The notes beneath the pieces are model-generated. The model was not told the origin of the DNA and did no database searches. It saw only the letters and a program-made list of their open reading frames with translations. A DNA stretch of 64,000 bases from a virus. Shown piece after piece: positions 28,372 through 40,700 of the stretch. The stretch is from IMG/VR virus record IMGVR_UViG_3300045988_128133, one strand, 5' to 3'. The position numbers and the translations under genes are program-made. How positions within the stretch are numbered: the first letter of the stretch is position 1; each line of letters opens with the position of its first letter.

Positions 28372-29104
28372 AATCAAAAAGATTCAACAGCTGGTCGGCG
28401 TGACCGCTGACGGCATTATCGGACCGAAGACCATTGATGCAATTCTTAAACGGCTGACCCCGGAATCCACGGGTACCGGGGATTCCGCGGGTACCGTGGA
28501 TGCTCATGAAATCCGCAACCGGATGGCCGCTAAAATCCTGAACATGGAGGACTACAAGATTACGGGGCCAGAATCCCTGCGGGTTACGCGCCTCCCCTCC
28601 GGCGATGGTGGCGGCACCTGGGAGATTGCAGGTATCTGTGACGGGATTGAACCGAAGGTGTTTAACCGGATTAAATCCCTGCTGGACAAGGGACTGCGGG
28701 ATGAAGCATGGGAAGAATGCCTTAGCTACGTACTGGAGAACACCTCCAAGATTGTAAGCTATCTTCCGAACTATGGTTTCGGCTACGAATTCATGGTACG
28801 CGACCTCGCGTTCAACATGGGTACCGGAGGTGCCGTCAATGTCATCCAACGCATGCTCAACTCTGTGGGAGATGCTGGCCTTACAGTGGATGGCAAATGG
28901 GGACCTAAGACTCAAGCCGCCCTACGAAGCGTAACGGATGTTATTCCAGAAGCTGAAGTTGTCAGGGGGCTGGACAGGGCGGCCCGTGCAAGGTATGAAA
29001 GCATTGTCAAGGCCAACCCTGTTAAGAAGAAGTTCCTTAAAGGTTGGTTTAACCGATGCGAAGCTCGTGTTAAGTTTGCCGAGACTATTATGTCAAGAAA
29101 ATAA
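28355..29104 (+). CDS. peptidoglycan-binding-domain lytic enzyme (endolysin-like)
   Basis: Two D-G-x-x-G-P-K-T PG-binding-like repeats, ADGIIGPKT and VDGKWGPKTQAAL. A terminator follows. Confidence 0.45.
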   Translation: MTQKAKIKKIQQLVGVTADGIIGPKTIDAILKRLTPESTGTGDSAGTVDAHEIRNRMAAKILNMEDYKITGPESLRVTRLPSGDGGGTWEIAGICDGIEPKVFNRIKSLLDKGLRDEAWEECLSYVLENTSKIVSYLPNYGFGYEFMVRDLAFNMGTGGAVNVIQRMLNSVGDAGLTVDGKWGPKTQAALRSVTDVIPEAEVVRGLDRAARARYESIVKANPVKKKFLKGWFNRCEARVKFAETIMSRK

Positions 29105-29133
29105 TTCTTTACAGCAATAAATTCATTTAGTAC

Positions 29134-29169
29134 CATGGCGGTGAGGTAAACCTTGCCGCCATGTTTTTG
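29134..29169 (+). terminator. rho-independent terminator
   Basis: CATGGCGG...CCGCCATG hairpin followed by TTTTTG. Confidence 0.55.
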
Positions 29170-29205
29170 TATAGTCTCGCAAGCGTGGATGCAAATGTCT
29201 GGACG

Positions 29206-29517
29206 ATGTTCCTGACGCGCATCGTTGATGAGATGAGCCCTGCGTATCTGGTGTTCGTAGGGCTTATTTACGTGGCGGCGAAGCTTGCCTATAAGTACCT
29301 TAGTAAAAAAATTGATTATACTCTTGACAAGGAGAAATCTTTTTTAGTACTTCTACAGGAGGCACTGCGGGTTATCTCTGAACTGGATGAAACTCTGGAC
29401 CAGCTCCACGGTAAACTGGATTCCCTGCGGAGTGGCCACGAAGAACTGTTAGAAATCGTCAAACACAGCGGCATGAACAATGAAGCTACTCCCAAAACTA
29501 TTCCGAAAAGAACCTGA
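29206..29517 (+). CDS. single-TM coiled-coil protein (holin/i-spanin-like), start at second ATG
   Basis: One TM, YLVFVGLIYVAA, then a coiled coil. Adjacent to the endolysin-like gene. Confidence 0.3.
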   Translation: MFLTRIVDEMSPAYLVFVGLIYVAAKLAYKYLSKKIDYTLDKEKSFLVLLQEALRVISELDETLDQLHGKLDSLRSGHEELLEIVKHSGMNNEATPKTIPKRT

Positions 29518-29992
29518 ACCAGAAGGAGTGATTAAGAACATCACCAGTCTGGCTGATGAGTTGCAGGTTAAATTACACACCTGCGGCGAACGCATTGCCA
29601 AGCGGAATCAGTTCTACGCGACTCTGCCCCTGGGCCGTGAAGGTGAAAGAAAGCTACCCAAGAATCAGTGGGTTTACTTTCTGCGTGGTTCGGTAGGTAT
29701 CAAGTATGTTGGAGAAAACCTCACAAGCTCTGTTACTTACATCCGAACACATGAAGAGATTAAGCTTCCCAATTTTATTGACAGCGAACGCTCACATAAA
29801 CTTCGTGTCATAAACGGATATATTATTGACAGAAGAACAAACCGGAAGTATTCTGCGGGTGAGTCGATAGACTTTCAGCGGGGAGAACCTATGCACTTAA
29901 CCATAAACGGATATGTGTGGATGACCTGGACACCCCCGCTTCCGGGTTCAACACTTCCGTTCTACCACTCAAATCATGCCTCTAATTCCTAA
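29480..29992 (+). CDS. hypothetical protein
   Basis: 170 aa. Confidence 0.3.
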   Translation: MKLLPKLFRKEPEPEGVIKNITSLADELQVKLHTCGERIAKRNQFYATLPLGREGERKLPKNQWVYFLRGSVGIKYVGENLTSSVTYIRTHEEIKLPNFIDSERSHKLRVINGYIIDRRTNRKYSAGESIDFQRGEPMHLTINGYVWMTWTPPLPGSTLPFYHSNHASNS

Positions 29993-32855
29993 TACAGGAG
30001 CATCAAACCCACAACCTCCGATAATTCCGATAGGAACCACGGACAGTTCATGGCGTAACGGGCATAACCCGGACCGTCCCATGGGGGAACCCATCATCAA
30101 TTTCCCCTATGCCGTAGTCAAGAACGTCATGTTCTTCGTGGAAAGGATTGTCAAGAATCCCAACGAATTGTCGGCAGAACTGGGTACTCCCTACAACCCC
30201 ACAGCGGGGACTACTTTCCTCCCCTTCATGCGTGAAGCTGTGCTTGTCCATGTCGAACCCGTAGCGGAAGACACGCGCCGCCACATCTATCGGTTCTACT
30301 ACATGGTCCCACCGCAGGAGCAGTATCGGTATAACATCCAGGATATGAAGAAGATTCAGGATGGCTATACACTCAAGGACACTGCCGCGGACGGGAACTT
30401 CATGAGCAGTGCCGCTGACGCTGAAGACCTCAAGGACTTCTATGAAATCATTCGTGAATGGGTTGAACCCACGGATTCCGCGTACACCCCGTTAGCCCTA
30501 GGGTCTTTCGACCCCAGCAACGAGAAGCTTGACCCTGACTTCTATGACCTCCATGATTATACGGCCTACGATGCCCAGCTGGTCTATGAAGAAGTTGGCC
30601 GCTTCGAGCAGGAACATCTCAACAAGTACTTCCGTAAAGTTACACGGGTGTATAAAACTCTGCCCGGCCCTGTCGTTAAGGAGTTCATGCCCAATAACAT
30701 GTGGGTAAAGGGAGACACTGTATGGGAAAACGGTGGGCCCGGAACTTCCGTACCGGAGAACGAATGGGTATCTCAGAACGCTATCAAACTTTCCCGCGAG
30801 GTGTGGGCCGCCCCACTGTGGGAGGGTGAAGGTGGAGCAGAGCCCGGACAGGCACGCATCCCTTTCATGCCCACCAAAGAGTTCGAAGGTAAACCTCTTA
30901 GCACTGGATGGGATAAGGGCACGTACCCCAGCCTCCAGAACTATACGGTGGTTACGATGTTCAAGCGCAATTCCTCCATCGTGGAGAATGAACAGCAGAA
31001 CAGCCTTTCCGGCAACTGTTGCAACCCGGACTCCCGGTTTGTGCGTTGCATCAATACCACGGTGACGACCAGCCAGTCAGTGGACTGGACGGCCAACGGA
31101 GACCTTCCATCCATTGAACCCCCGGAACCCGGTGAGAACTGTAGCCAGTGGAGAGTGGATAGTAGTGTCGTTGTCCGGGAAGGCTATAGCCAGAAGGAGA
31201 CGAGAAAGCAGTGTACCACTTACGAACAGATTGACGAGTTCTGGGAGAGCCAGTTCGACCGGATAACGAATCAGGTTTATCCGGTGCTTCGTAAAATCGT
31301 GCATGAACCCTCCACCGAGTTCGATAAGGACTGGCAGGAAGAAGGGTTCAAGAAATACACGGACTCCGTGGGTAACGTCTATTACGGACGCAAACTGGAA
31401 TCCCCGGTAACTGAGGTTTCCATATCCATCCCTGACACTGTGTGGGTTAAAGAGAACTACAGCCTCAGCGATTTCTCCGTTGGCGAGGACAACCCCAGCC
31501 CTACGGGATTGCTTTCTAACCTTAATGTCATCAACGGATGGAACGACCCCAGCTATCCTTCGTTCTCCAACTACTTCGCATTCACCTGCGAATTCACTTC
31601 CAACAATCCGGGGAGAGACAGGGGAACCGTGGTAACGGTCTATTACAAGAACAAACGCTGGTGGCCCATGTATGTGCAGAATAGCATGCCCGTGGAGCAA
31701 TCTCCTGGCACCATCTCTACGGCCAACCATTACTACAATGTCAACCCGGATGGCCCATGGTACACTGCGGACGGCCTTTATCGGATTAGCATGGAGGGGA
31801 TTATCTCCGACACGCTGTACGGTGAAGGAGTATCTGGCCAGACCTGGACGCTTCCCATAGGTTATATGGATGGTTCAGGGATATATAAGCGGGGAACCTA
31901 CAACCCCGAAATGAAGTTTACGGTTGGTTCTCTCCCCACGGGGATTAGCAAGGTATTCCTTGATGTCACTAACGGTCAGCTCAATATGCTGGTCTGGGTA
32001 GAGAACCCCAATGGCATCTCCATTAACGGGAACATTCCCATTAAGCTCAACGGCACCAAGATATTCGACATTGCAGTAACCTCTTCCGTGTCCTCATCTA
32101 ATGAGCCTCCTTCTGTTGTGACCCGCAATGGCGAGAAGAGCGAATACACGGATGGAACCTACTCATTGAAGGCGGCAGTAGCAAACCGGATTGAACTCTC
32201 CTACAATGGAACGAGATACCCTTACTTCCAGTTTGGTGCGACCGTAGCTACCTTGACCGGGAATACATTCAAGCTCCAGAAGAATACCAACGTGTCCCGC
32301 GTCGTACTCCGGCAGTGGGTGAACCCCTGTTACGCTGTTGATAGCTACATGCAGATTCCCGGCATTGGCTATTACCGAAAGTACACCACCACCATGAACT
32401 ACAGTTTCCCCGCAGTGCTGGGAAATGTTTCATGGATGGCCTGGAATACGAGGCCCGACATGTCGGGTAAACAGGGTGGCCAATACTTCCCGTCCACGAA
32501 CATGAAACGGGATTCCTACTCAGGCCCCTGCCGTGCCGTGGTGGAAGAGCTTTTCAGCCCGGACGGCTCCTGGCCCAGCACCTGGGGCCTGGGAACTTCT
32601 CCCCAGTTCACTACGGCCAGCGGATATTTCTCTACGCCGTTAGTGGACTTCCGTCTTCCGGCCTGCCTCCACACCCAGTTGAACTTTACGGTCACTATTG
32701 GAAACCAGGATGCCAAGTGGACTCCCGGAGTCTTCAATGCAACCTTCCCGGCAACCAGTGTTACCGACTGGACCTCCGTGACATCCTACTATGCATCCCC
32801 GTGGAACGGCGGCATGCTGTGCAAGAAAGTAACCATCTATCCTCCAACCGCATAA
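29976..32855 (+). CDS. large tail/baseplate or receptor-binding protein
   Basis: 959 aa, W/Y/N/T-rich and beta-rich. Confidence 0.4.
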   Translation: MPLIPNTGASNPQPPIIPIGTTDSSWRNGHNPDRPMGEPIINFPYAVVKNVMFFVERIVKNPNELSAELGTPYNPTAGTTFLPFMREAVLVHVEPVAEDTRRHIYRFYYMVPPQEQYRYNIQDMKKIQDGYTLKDTAADGNFMSSAADAEDLKDFYEIIREWVEPTDSAYTPLALGSFDPSNEKLDPDFYDLHDYTAYDAQLVYEEVGRFEQEHLNKYFRKVTRVYKTLPGPVVKEFMPNNMWVKGDTVWENGGPGTSVPENEWVSQNAIKLSREVWAAPLWEGEGGAEPGQARIPFMPTKEFEGKPLSTGWDKGTYPSLQNYTVVTMFKRNSSIVENEQQNSLSGNCCNPDSRFVRCINTTVTTSQSVDWTANGDLPSIEPPEPGENCSQWRVDSSVVVREGYSQKETRKQCTTYEQIDEFWESQFDRITNQVYPVLRKIVHEPSTEFDKDWQEEGFKKYTDSVGNVYYGRKLESPVTEVSISIPDTVWVKENYSLSDFSVGEDNPSPTGLLSNLNVINGWNDPSYPSFSNYFAFTCEFTSNNPGRDRGTVVTVYYKNKRWWPMYVQNSMPVEQSPGTISTANHYYNVNPDGPWYTADGLYRISMEGIISDTLYGEGVSGQTWTLPIGYMDGSGIYKRGTYNPEMKFTVGSLPTGISKVFLDVTNGQLNMLVWVENPNGISINGNIPIKLNGTKIFDIAVTSSVSSSNEPPSVVTRNGEKSEYTDGTYSLKAAVANRIELSYNGTRYPYFQFGATVATLTGNTFKLQKNTNVSRVVLRQWVNPCYAVDSYMQIPGIGYYRKYTTTMNYSFPAVLGNVSWMAWNTRPDMSGKQGGQYFPSTNMKRDSYSGPCRAVVEELFSPDGSWPSTWGLGTSPQFTTASGYFSTPLVDFRLPACLHTQLNFTVTIGNQDAKWTPGVFNATFPATSVTDWTSVTSYYASPWNGGMLCKKVTIYPPTA

Positions 32856-32859
32856 TCTC

Positions 32860-33597
32860 ATGGCGTTCATTACTAAATCCTATTTGACGTATCGAAACGT
32901 ATGCGACGAATTGTGTATGCTCATTACCAATACGCCGCCCTCCAAATCCAATGTTGACTTCCGCAGGATTCTGAAGGAAGCCCAGAACCTCCTGCTTAAC
33001 GAGGCCACGGTTTCCCCGGATTCCATGGCAATCCTTGATTTCGAAGGAGTTGAACGGAATGGAATCATTGCCCTCCCTGATGAGTACGATAGTATCGTTG
33101 CGGCATGGACACCGGGGGGACAACGGTATAACATCGTTGACCGGGCCATGTTCGAATCCAACACCTGGTTCCGTAGCGAGTACCCCCGCAGGCCGCACGG
33201 CTCACCCCCTCTCATGGTGGACATGGGGCTGAACGAGATGAACCTCCGTACCTATGCCGTACTGTCTGGTAGCAATGGCATCAATGACAAGGATATGGGC
33301 ATGACCGTTTCCGCGCGTTGCGCTCTCCGCGGTCTCTCCCTCAATGTCTATGATGATAAGGCATGGGAAGATAAGGAGGTTCGTATCTATCCCGGATGCC
33401 TCCCCGCCCTCAAGGCCATGATGCTGTCAGTGGTCTATAATGAACAGGGCAATACCCAGATGGGCACCGACAGCTATGGACTTGCGGTCAAGTACCTGAA
33501 CGACCACCTCCGCAAATATCGTCAGGGAACTTATCAGGCTCCCAACATTGTACAGAACGGCGGGCTGATGCAGAGCCCCGGCCTTAACCTCATGTAA
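32860..33597 (+). CDS. tail-associated protein
   Basis: 245 aa. Confidence 0.4.
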   Translation: MAFITKSYLTYRNVCDELCMLITNTPPSKSNVDFRRILKEAQNLLLNEATVSPDSMAILDFEGVERNGIIALPDEYDSIVAAWTPGGQRYNIVDRAMFESNTWFRSEYPRRPHGSPPLMVDMGLNEMNLRTYAVLSGSNGINDKDMGMTVSARCALRGLSLNVYDDKAWEDKEVRIYPGCLPALKAMMLSVVYNEQGNTQMGTDSYGLAVKYLNDHLRKYRQGTYQAPNIVQNGGLMQSPGLNLM

Positions 33598-33603
33598 ACC
33601 ATC

Positions 33604-34674
33604 ATGGCAACTCAATCCACAGATATCAGCAGTGAAGGGAAGAACCCGGCAACCAAGTCTCCCCGGCAGAAGATAACCGAAGAAGTCCTGCCCAAGGTGA
33701 ACCCGGATGTTCCCCTTCGTCCCGTAACCAATAACGACCCGAACAAACCAGTGGACGCTAAGGCATTGAACGAGGTAGCCGCGGCTAACAGCAACCGGGG
33801 GATTCAACGTCCCCCGGCATCCCCGGCACCCGCGAATCAGTATGGCCGCGGCATTACGGAACCTACGGTTCCGGGTGCCGTGGACCCGAACAGTCAGGCC
33901 TATGCGGAAGCACAACGTGCCAATTACCAGAAGCTCATGGCCCAGGGACCCACTGCGGAGGATAGGCTTCTCATGCGAGGGGTGGACCAGAATGTAAGCA
34001 GAGGGCAGATGCCCGTTGGTAGGGTACCAGGAGCCACGGCATCCCCGGTACCCACGGGTTCCGGTGCCACCCGTCCCACGGGTTCCGCTACTCCGGCATC
34101 GCTATCGCAGGAAGCTTTCGGCACAGACATTAAGAACAGGCTCAGCCCTGACGACTATAAGCTATATCAATCACTGAACCCGGCCAAGCAGACTGAGCTC
34201 TACAATAAATGGAAGGAACAGCAGGTAAAGCAGAACCCCTCCCTGCTCACAGCACCGACAGGTTCTCCGGCGGCCCCGGCGGCCCCCGCTGGTGCCCTAC
34301 CCTCCGGCGGCTCCCCTATACCCACGGCGCAGGTATCGCCGCCCGGACGTGATGAGAAAATGCTGGAGGTACTGCGTGACCCTACGGCAGACCCGCAGGC
34401 AAGGTCTCAGGCCAGCACCTATCTGAAGGTCAAAACCATGTACGCACAGAAGGCGAAATTCGGCAACGAGATTAAAGCTCTGGAACGGGCCAGCCGCGCA
34501 TATACACGCCAGCTGGGGAACATGTTTAAGAATCCCCTGAACAGGAGAGACCCGAAGTACCAGCAACAGTACGAGCACTGGAAGGCTCTCCGAAAAGGAA
34601 ATCCACAGGCGAAGCTCATCATGTTCAATGAGTTAATGAAGCGACCGGAGTTTGCTTCCCTCAGTTTCAAATAA
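33604..34674 (+). CDS. Pro/Ala-rich low-complexity protein
   Basis: 356 aa, P/A/G/T-rich. Confidence 0.4.
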   Translation: MATQSTDISSEGKNPATKSPRQKITEEVLPKVNPDVPLRPVTNNDPNKPVDAKALNEVAAANSNRGIQRPPASPAPANQYGRGITEPTVPGAVDPNSQAYAEAQRANYQKLMAQGPTAEDRLLMRGVDQNVSRGQMPVGRVPGATASPVPTGSGATRPTGSATPASLSQEAFGTDIKNRLSPDDYKLYQSLNPAKQTELYNKWKEQQVKQNPSLLTAPTGSPAAPAAPAGALPSGGSPIPTAQVSPPGRDEKMLEVLRDPTADPQARSQASTYLKVKTMYAQKAKFGNEIKALERASRAYTRQLGNMFKNPLNRRDPKYQQQYEHWKALRKGNPQAKLIMFNELMKRPEFASLSFK

Positions 34675-34704
34675 TATTGCTGACAGAAAAAGTTAGTATT
34701 TCTC

Positions 34705-34756
34705 TTGACCTTAGCCCCTGCTTTGATAGACTTAGGCAGTCCCTCGAAGCAGGGGC
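34705..34756 (+). promoter_or_regulatory. promoter TTGACC-N16-TAGACT interleaved with 10-bp-stem hairpin
   Basis: Arms GCCCCTGCTT (34714-23) and AAGCAGGGGC (34747-56). The -10 lies in the loop. About 30 nt upstream of the giant gene. Confidence 0.35.
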
Positions 34757-34787
34757 GCATTGTATTAGAAACCAACCTATTAAGTAA

Positions 34788-37700
34788 ATGGCTATTGACT
34801 TTACTACAGCTAGCCCGGCAGACTGGAACCCCAGTTCTGAAATCACCGGAATCCGAGAAGCCCGCGCCGCAGAAAAGCATGCGGCATGGCAACGGGGTCA
34901 GGAGCAGAAAGCTCTCGACCGTCAGAAGAAGGAAGCAGAAGAAGCACAGAAACAGGCCGTTAAAGGCGTAGAAGCGGAAGCGGATTTCTTCACTCACCTG
35001 TCCGGCGTACTGGACACCGAACGCAAGGAACAGGAAAAACGAGCCAAGGAACAGAAGACGGAAGCAAGGAAAGAAGTTACCGAGGCCCGTGCCGACATTC
35101 AGTTTGAGCAAGGGCAGGCTGACCGTGCGCGTGCTGAACGCGACCGGGATGTCAAATCCCTGTCCCGCCGCAACATGGGGCTCAACTTCGAAGCCCTTGA
35201 GGACATGACCGACTACGTTGGCCGCAGTGCCGATAGCTTTGTTGACCTGAAAGAAGGGGCCAAGGCTAACCCGCAGGTGATGGAAAAGCTTGGCAACTCT
35301 CTGGGTCTCAATGTCGTAAGCTCCAACTCCCTTACGCCTACCGACCCTGCATTCACTTCCCGGTTCGGCTTCTCTGTCGGTGCGGATGGACAGCCAGTTA
35401 TTACTGAAAAGTTCCTCGCTATTGCCGCCGACCGGAACCGTAGCAGTAAGGATGTAAGCACGGCGATTGCCCGGACTCTGGCCGCTGAACGGAAGAGCTA
35501 CATTAAAGCGAATACGACTGTGGCTCCTGACAGTGCCGCGAAAGCGGAAGCGGAAGCCCCGGAAACCATGGAAGCCGAAGAGATTAAGGCAATCATCGAC
35601 AGCATTCGCCGCGAGGATGTAAATACCTTCAATGCGGCACGCAAGGTTTACGACAAATATAATACGGCATCCACGGAATCCATTCAGGGTAAAGCCGCTA
35701 AACCCCGCGAGGCTAGCGTGGGGGAGCTTGGCGTTGGCGAATCCTTTGACACGGCACCTTCATTCACTGGGAATGTATTTGCTGAGCTCGCCAACTTGTC
35801 CAAGTCCCCCAGCACCATGTTCCGTCTCGTCCGCGACTACGGCAAATACGTAGCTGACACGGCATCCACGGTAGCCGCGGATGCCCGTGCCGCTGAGGCC
35901 GGGAAGCGGGCCGTCACTGCCGCGAAGACGATTGACAATCTAGTTAAGCAGATGGAGGACGAGTATGAGGGCATCAACTCCGTAGCCCTCCGGGATGCTT
36001 TGATGAACGAAGCCAAGGTTGCCGAGGCCGCCGTGAAACGGTTGGCCCCCATGGTTGACCTCGACGAGATGCGGGCCATGGCTGACAAGAAGAGCCATGA
36101 ACTGGGCCGCACCATTGAATCGGATTACCGCCGCGATTATGCTGACACGCTGTATGCCGAACTGGAGAAGCGCAATCCAGGATTGAGCCGTGACCTGATT
36201 CGCACGCTGGGAACTACGGAACTTCTCGACAAACATACCGTTGGACTGAAGAAGAGAGGAAGTCTGGATGACGCAGTAGCGGGAGCTATGAGCCAGTACA
36301 GAAGTGCGGCAGGCCAGGTTGCCGACGTTCTCACCTTCCAGCCGAAGGCTTCGGTAGGCAAAACCAGTGACCCCCTGAGTGCTATGGAATGGCGGCAGGG
36401 TGCGCGTGGCTGGGAATATGGCGTAGTTGGCGGTCCTACCTTTGAGGTCAGCACCGAACAGCTCCGCGACTACATGAAGAACTATGGGATTAAGAGTACG
36501 AAGGACGCGCTTAATTCCCTCAGTCATGCGGCGAGGCAGGGGGACCTCAACCTTGGCAGGGGTACGCTGTTTGCATACAACCCCCATACTAAGGAGGTAG
36601 ATACAAACGCCACGCTTCAATACAACCCCAACGCCCTGTACGATGATGACCTATTTAACCGTAGCGTCAATCAATTACAGGAATCCGGGGCGAATCCCGA
36701 ACTCATCGAGAGAACGATTGAACAGTGGAAGAAGGCCCGCACCAAATCCGCAAGCGAAATGGTCAAGCAGAACATGGAACTGGAAGAAACTCTGGGCGCG
36801 CTCCGCGATACCTGGATGGGAACTGGTGCCGGGTTTGCTGGAGGCTGGGTTATGGACCGTCTGGACAAGATGCTGTCCTTCAAGGAGTTCTATAACAGCG
36901 GCAAGGAGAATGGCCAGAGTGATGAGCAGATTCTTGCCGCATGGCAGAAGGAAGGACAGGGGGCTATTAACTCCATCCTGCGTGGCCTTCAAATCGGCGC
37001 ACACAAATTTGCTGACATTGGGACGGGTGCTGTTGCGGGCTCCCTTCTTTTCGCCTCCAACCTTATAGGCAGTGACACTGGCCGGGAAAAAGCCCGCACC
37101 ATGTGGAACACGCTGAATGAAAAACAGCAGGCAGAAGGTGAACTGGTCAAGGGGAATCTCATGGCTGACATGTCTGCGGAGATTGTCAACCTGGGATATC
37201 AAATGGTAGCGACCCATGTCGGTGGTACGGTTGGCAGTGTTGCGGGCCGTGCTCTGGAACGGACTGCGGTCAATGGTCTCATTAAGGCCAGTGCCAAAGT
37301 CATCGCCCGAAAGACGGAAGCCCTTGTCCCTGCCGCGCGTCCCGGCCTTGCTAGTGGTATTAGCGGCGGTGTCCAGCGTGTATTAAACCAAGCCGCCGCG
37401 ATTGACCTCCAGCGGGTTGGAGCTGGTGCCGGGGTTAATACCGTCATTGCCAGCCAGATAGTTCCGCAGGCATACTCCGAAATCTTCTATGCGGTTTACG
37501 ACCGTGAAATGGATGGTAAGGAACACACTGCGGAAAACCTCGAAGCCGCTCAGGCAAAGGCTAATCGCCGGGCCATGATGGGTGCAGGTATCGCGGGTGG
37601 CATGTCCGTCCTGATTAACAACCGTATGGGTATGGAATCCTTTATCCGTAAAGCAGTTGGAGCTAAAAACCTTCGCAGGGAAAACTGGTTCAACCGTGTG

Positions 37701-40700
37701 GATGACCGTCTTTCCAACTGGCGCAGGAAGAACTGGAAGGACATGACCAATGTGGAGAAGGTGAAAGCTGTATCTTCCTACCTGTACAGCTGTGCCAAGG
37801 TGTCCGCTGAAGGCGCAACCGAAGAACTCGCGGATGAGTTTCAGGAATGGGCCGTCACGGAACTGGCCAAGAACGGAGAGATTTCTGAACAGTCTATCGG
37901 TACGTTCGAAGGAGTCGTTGAAGTAGGAGCAAAGGTTGCTTTCCTTGGTGCGCTTGGCGGTGTCTATGGAGCGCGGATTGCAGGGGAGACCCCGGCCCAG
38001 TTCCAGTTGCCCGCTATCGAACCCACGGAATCCAAGGTATTCAGGGATGCGAGTCAGCTGGTGGATAGCACGGGCAAAGCCCTGGAATCCGTGGACCCCA
38101 CGGGACCCGCGGCACCCTTGCTTGAAACAGGAATGCGGACGATTGAAATCGCAGGGGATAGGGGAGACGTGGAACTGGTGGCAACTGAATGGGTAAACAA
38201 GACCATAACTGACGAGGCCCTACAGCTGACGGATGAGCAGAGAAAGCAATGGATATCTAGGGCACCTGCCCTGGGTATGACCAACTTCCAGTCTTTCCGT
38301 GGCTACGTGCAGGAAGCTTCCGACAGGTATCAGTACGAAGGCGAATCCGCCGCGGCTGAATACCTTGCGGGCGTTATTCGCGACCTGCCCAACACGATGG
38401 CCTATGCCAACGATACAAACGTCAGTGTCATGCGCTCCATGCTGACCGAAGCATTCGACGCAATGAAGAGCCGCGAAGCCAACGTTCCCCTTGATGACCA
38501 CCTCGACCTTCAGGGTACGGGGGATGAAAGCCTTGATGAAGCATCCGTCGTAATCAATACGCTGACCAATGAACCCACGGAAACCACGGAAGCCGTAGCT
38601 CCCACGGAAACCACGGAGACCGCGGCCCGTGAGGAAGCCAATAAGATAGTAGCTCCTGTGCAGAACTTCCTCGACAATGGTACGGGGAGAGAAGCCGCCG
38701 AGGAAACCGTAAATACTTTGGCCGCAGGGACGGCTACGTTTGACCCCAACACCGGGGCATGGCTAGCCAGCGGCTCCTTGGAACAGCGGGCAGAAAAGCT
38801 GGTGGTGCTTAATAGCATGACCAGTCCCACGGGCCCCGTAGTTACCACGAACACCGGGGAGAGTATTGTCATGACTCCCAACGCCAGTATGTATGCGCCA
38901 AGTGCCAACGCCAAAGCGGAAGAAGCTCCTACTACCAAATGGGGGAACGCCGTCATGAGCCTTGACCTGCCTACGGACGGGACTGGAGTCAATGGTATTA
39001 ACCTCCTGAACAGGTTGAGCGTCAACGCTACACCTGCTCAGAAGAAAGCCATTGAAGGATTGACGCAGGCTCTCAATGCCGCGGGCCTTGACCTCGCAGT
39101 CCGTATGAGCACAGCGACTGACGGTAACTTCTCCCCTGCCATGATTACCTACAATCAAGGTGCGGATGGTGAACTGGCTGGTGGCGTTATTGACCTCTTC
39201 ACCAACAGGGAGAACGCGGTGGAAGGCACTACGGGTACACTCATCCATGAAGCTATCCACCTGCTGGACCGACACCTGCGGAAGAACAATGCAGAATATG
39301 GCCGGGAAATGAGCAAGCTTCGCTCAGCTATGGCGGCTCGCTTCAACGACATCCATGCAGTCTTGCGGGAGGCTTACGACAATAGCCTTGACCCCAACGA
39401 GATGAACGCAATCGCCGCTGTCATGAACGACCTGGCCTACGGGATTAAGGGTGCTGACGAGTTCGCCTCTGTGGTCTTCTCCAACCCCGTCATCAATTCT
39501 CTGGTAATGGGATTCACCGGGAAGAATGCGGATATGGACATGCTTACCCGGTATGCGGAAACGACAGGTAAACGTAAGCCGATTCACAATCGTATCATCG
39601 ACTGGTTGCGCGACCTCTTTCATGAGGTTCGCAATGAAATGCAGAATGCGCCTGTTCTCGATGAGGCAGAATGGAACGCCTATGTCCAGCGCGTGGCCGA
39701 CGTAGCCCCGGAAGGTGCCTGGTATAGTCTTGACCGACCGGAAACCTATGCAGTAAATGTGACGGACTACACCGGGAATAAGCTGGGTAAATCCTATTTC
39801 AACCCCATGGCCTATGAGAGCGGCCTCTCCCAGCGCATGAGCTTCGGTGTGGCCGCAGAAATTGTAGGCTCTTCCTCCGGCAACTGGGCGACCATGTTCC
39901 GCAACGGTTGGCGCATGACCCGCTGGGGGCAGGGAGGTATCAACGTTCCCACCCCGGAACAGCGTCTCGTCCTACAAGAACAAATGGTCAACCTGAGCGC
40001 ATCCTATGAGCGCGTCAATAAGCGTCTGGGTAAGGTGAAGGAGCTTGCGGATAAGTATGTCCAGAAGAACAACCTCACCACTGATGCCCGGCAGAAACTT
40101 GCCTCTGCCATCATTGACACGGCAGGTAATCTGGACAATGACATCGACCCGGAAACCGTGGAACGTATTAACCGTGAAACGAATGCGGAGATTGCTCAGC
40201 TCAAGGAAACCCGTGACTACCGTATCAATGCGGCGAAGCAACACGTACAGAGGGTGGTTAATCAGAACGCTGAACTGATTCGTGCCGCCAACCTCATGGC
40301 CAACACCAGTGAAGGACGTGCATCCATCAATGAAATGATTCGTCTCCTTAACGAAGTTGGCCGGGAAGGATATGCATCTACGGTCAATGCCGAAACTATG
40401 GCTCCCGCTATGAACCAAAGGCTCACGGAATCCATGGATTCCCTGGGTTCACGGGTTCGTGACCTGGGGAATGCGGCTCTCGCCTCCCGCTACTATGCAC
40501 TGGCACGGGACACCAAGAGCTACATTCTGGACCAGGTGAATGGGGTGGAATCTCCCTTCACTCTGGATGAATTGCAGGAGGGCTGGGATAATCTGCGCTC
40601 CGACTACCTGCGTGACGAGCTGTCCAAGAACGTTGAAACGGCCAACATGCTCCGTGACATTAAGGAGGCTAAGGCTCAAGCTCGTGAATGGATTAAAGAG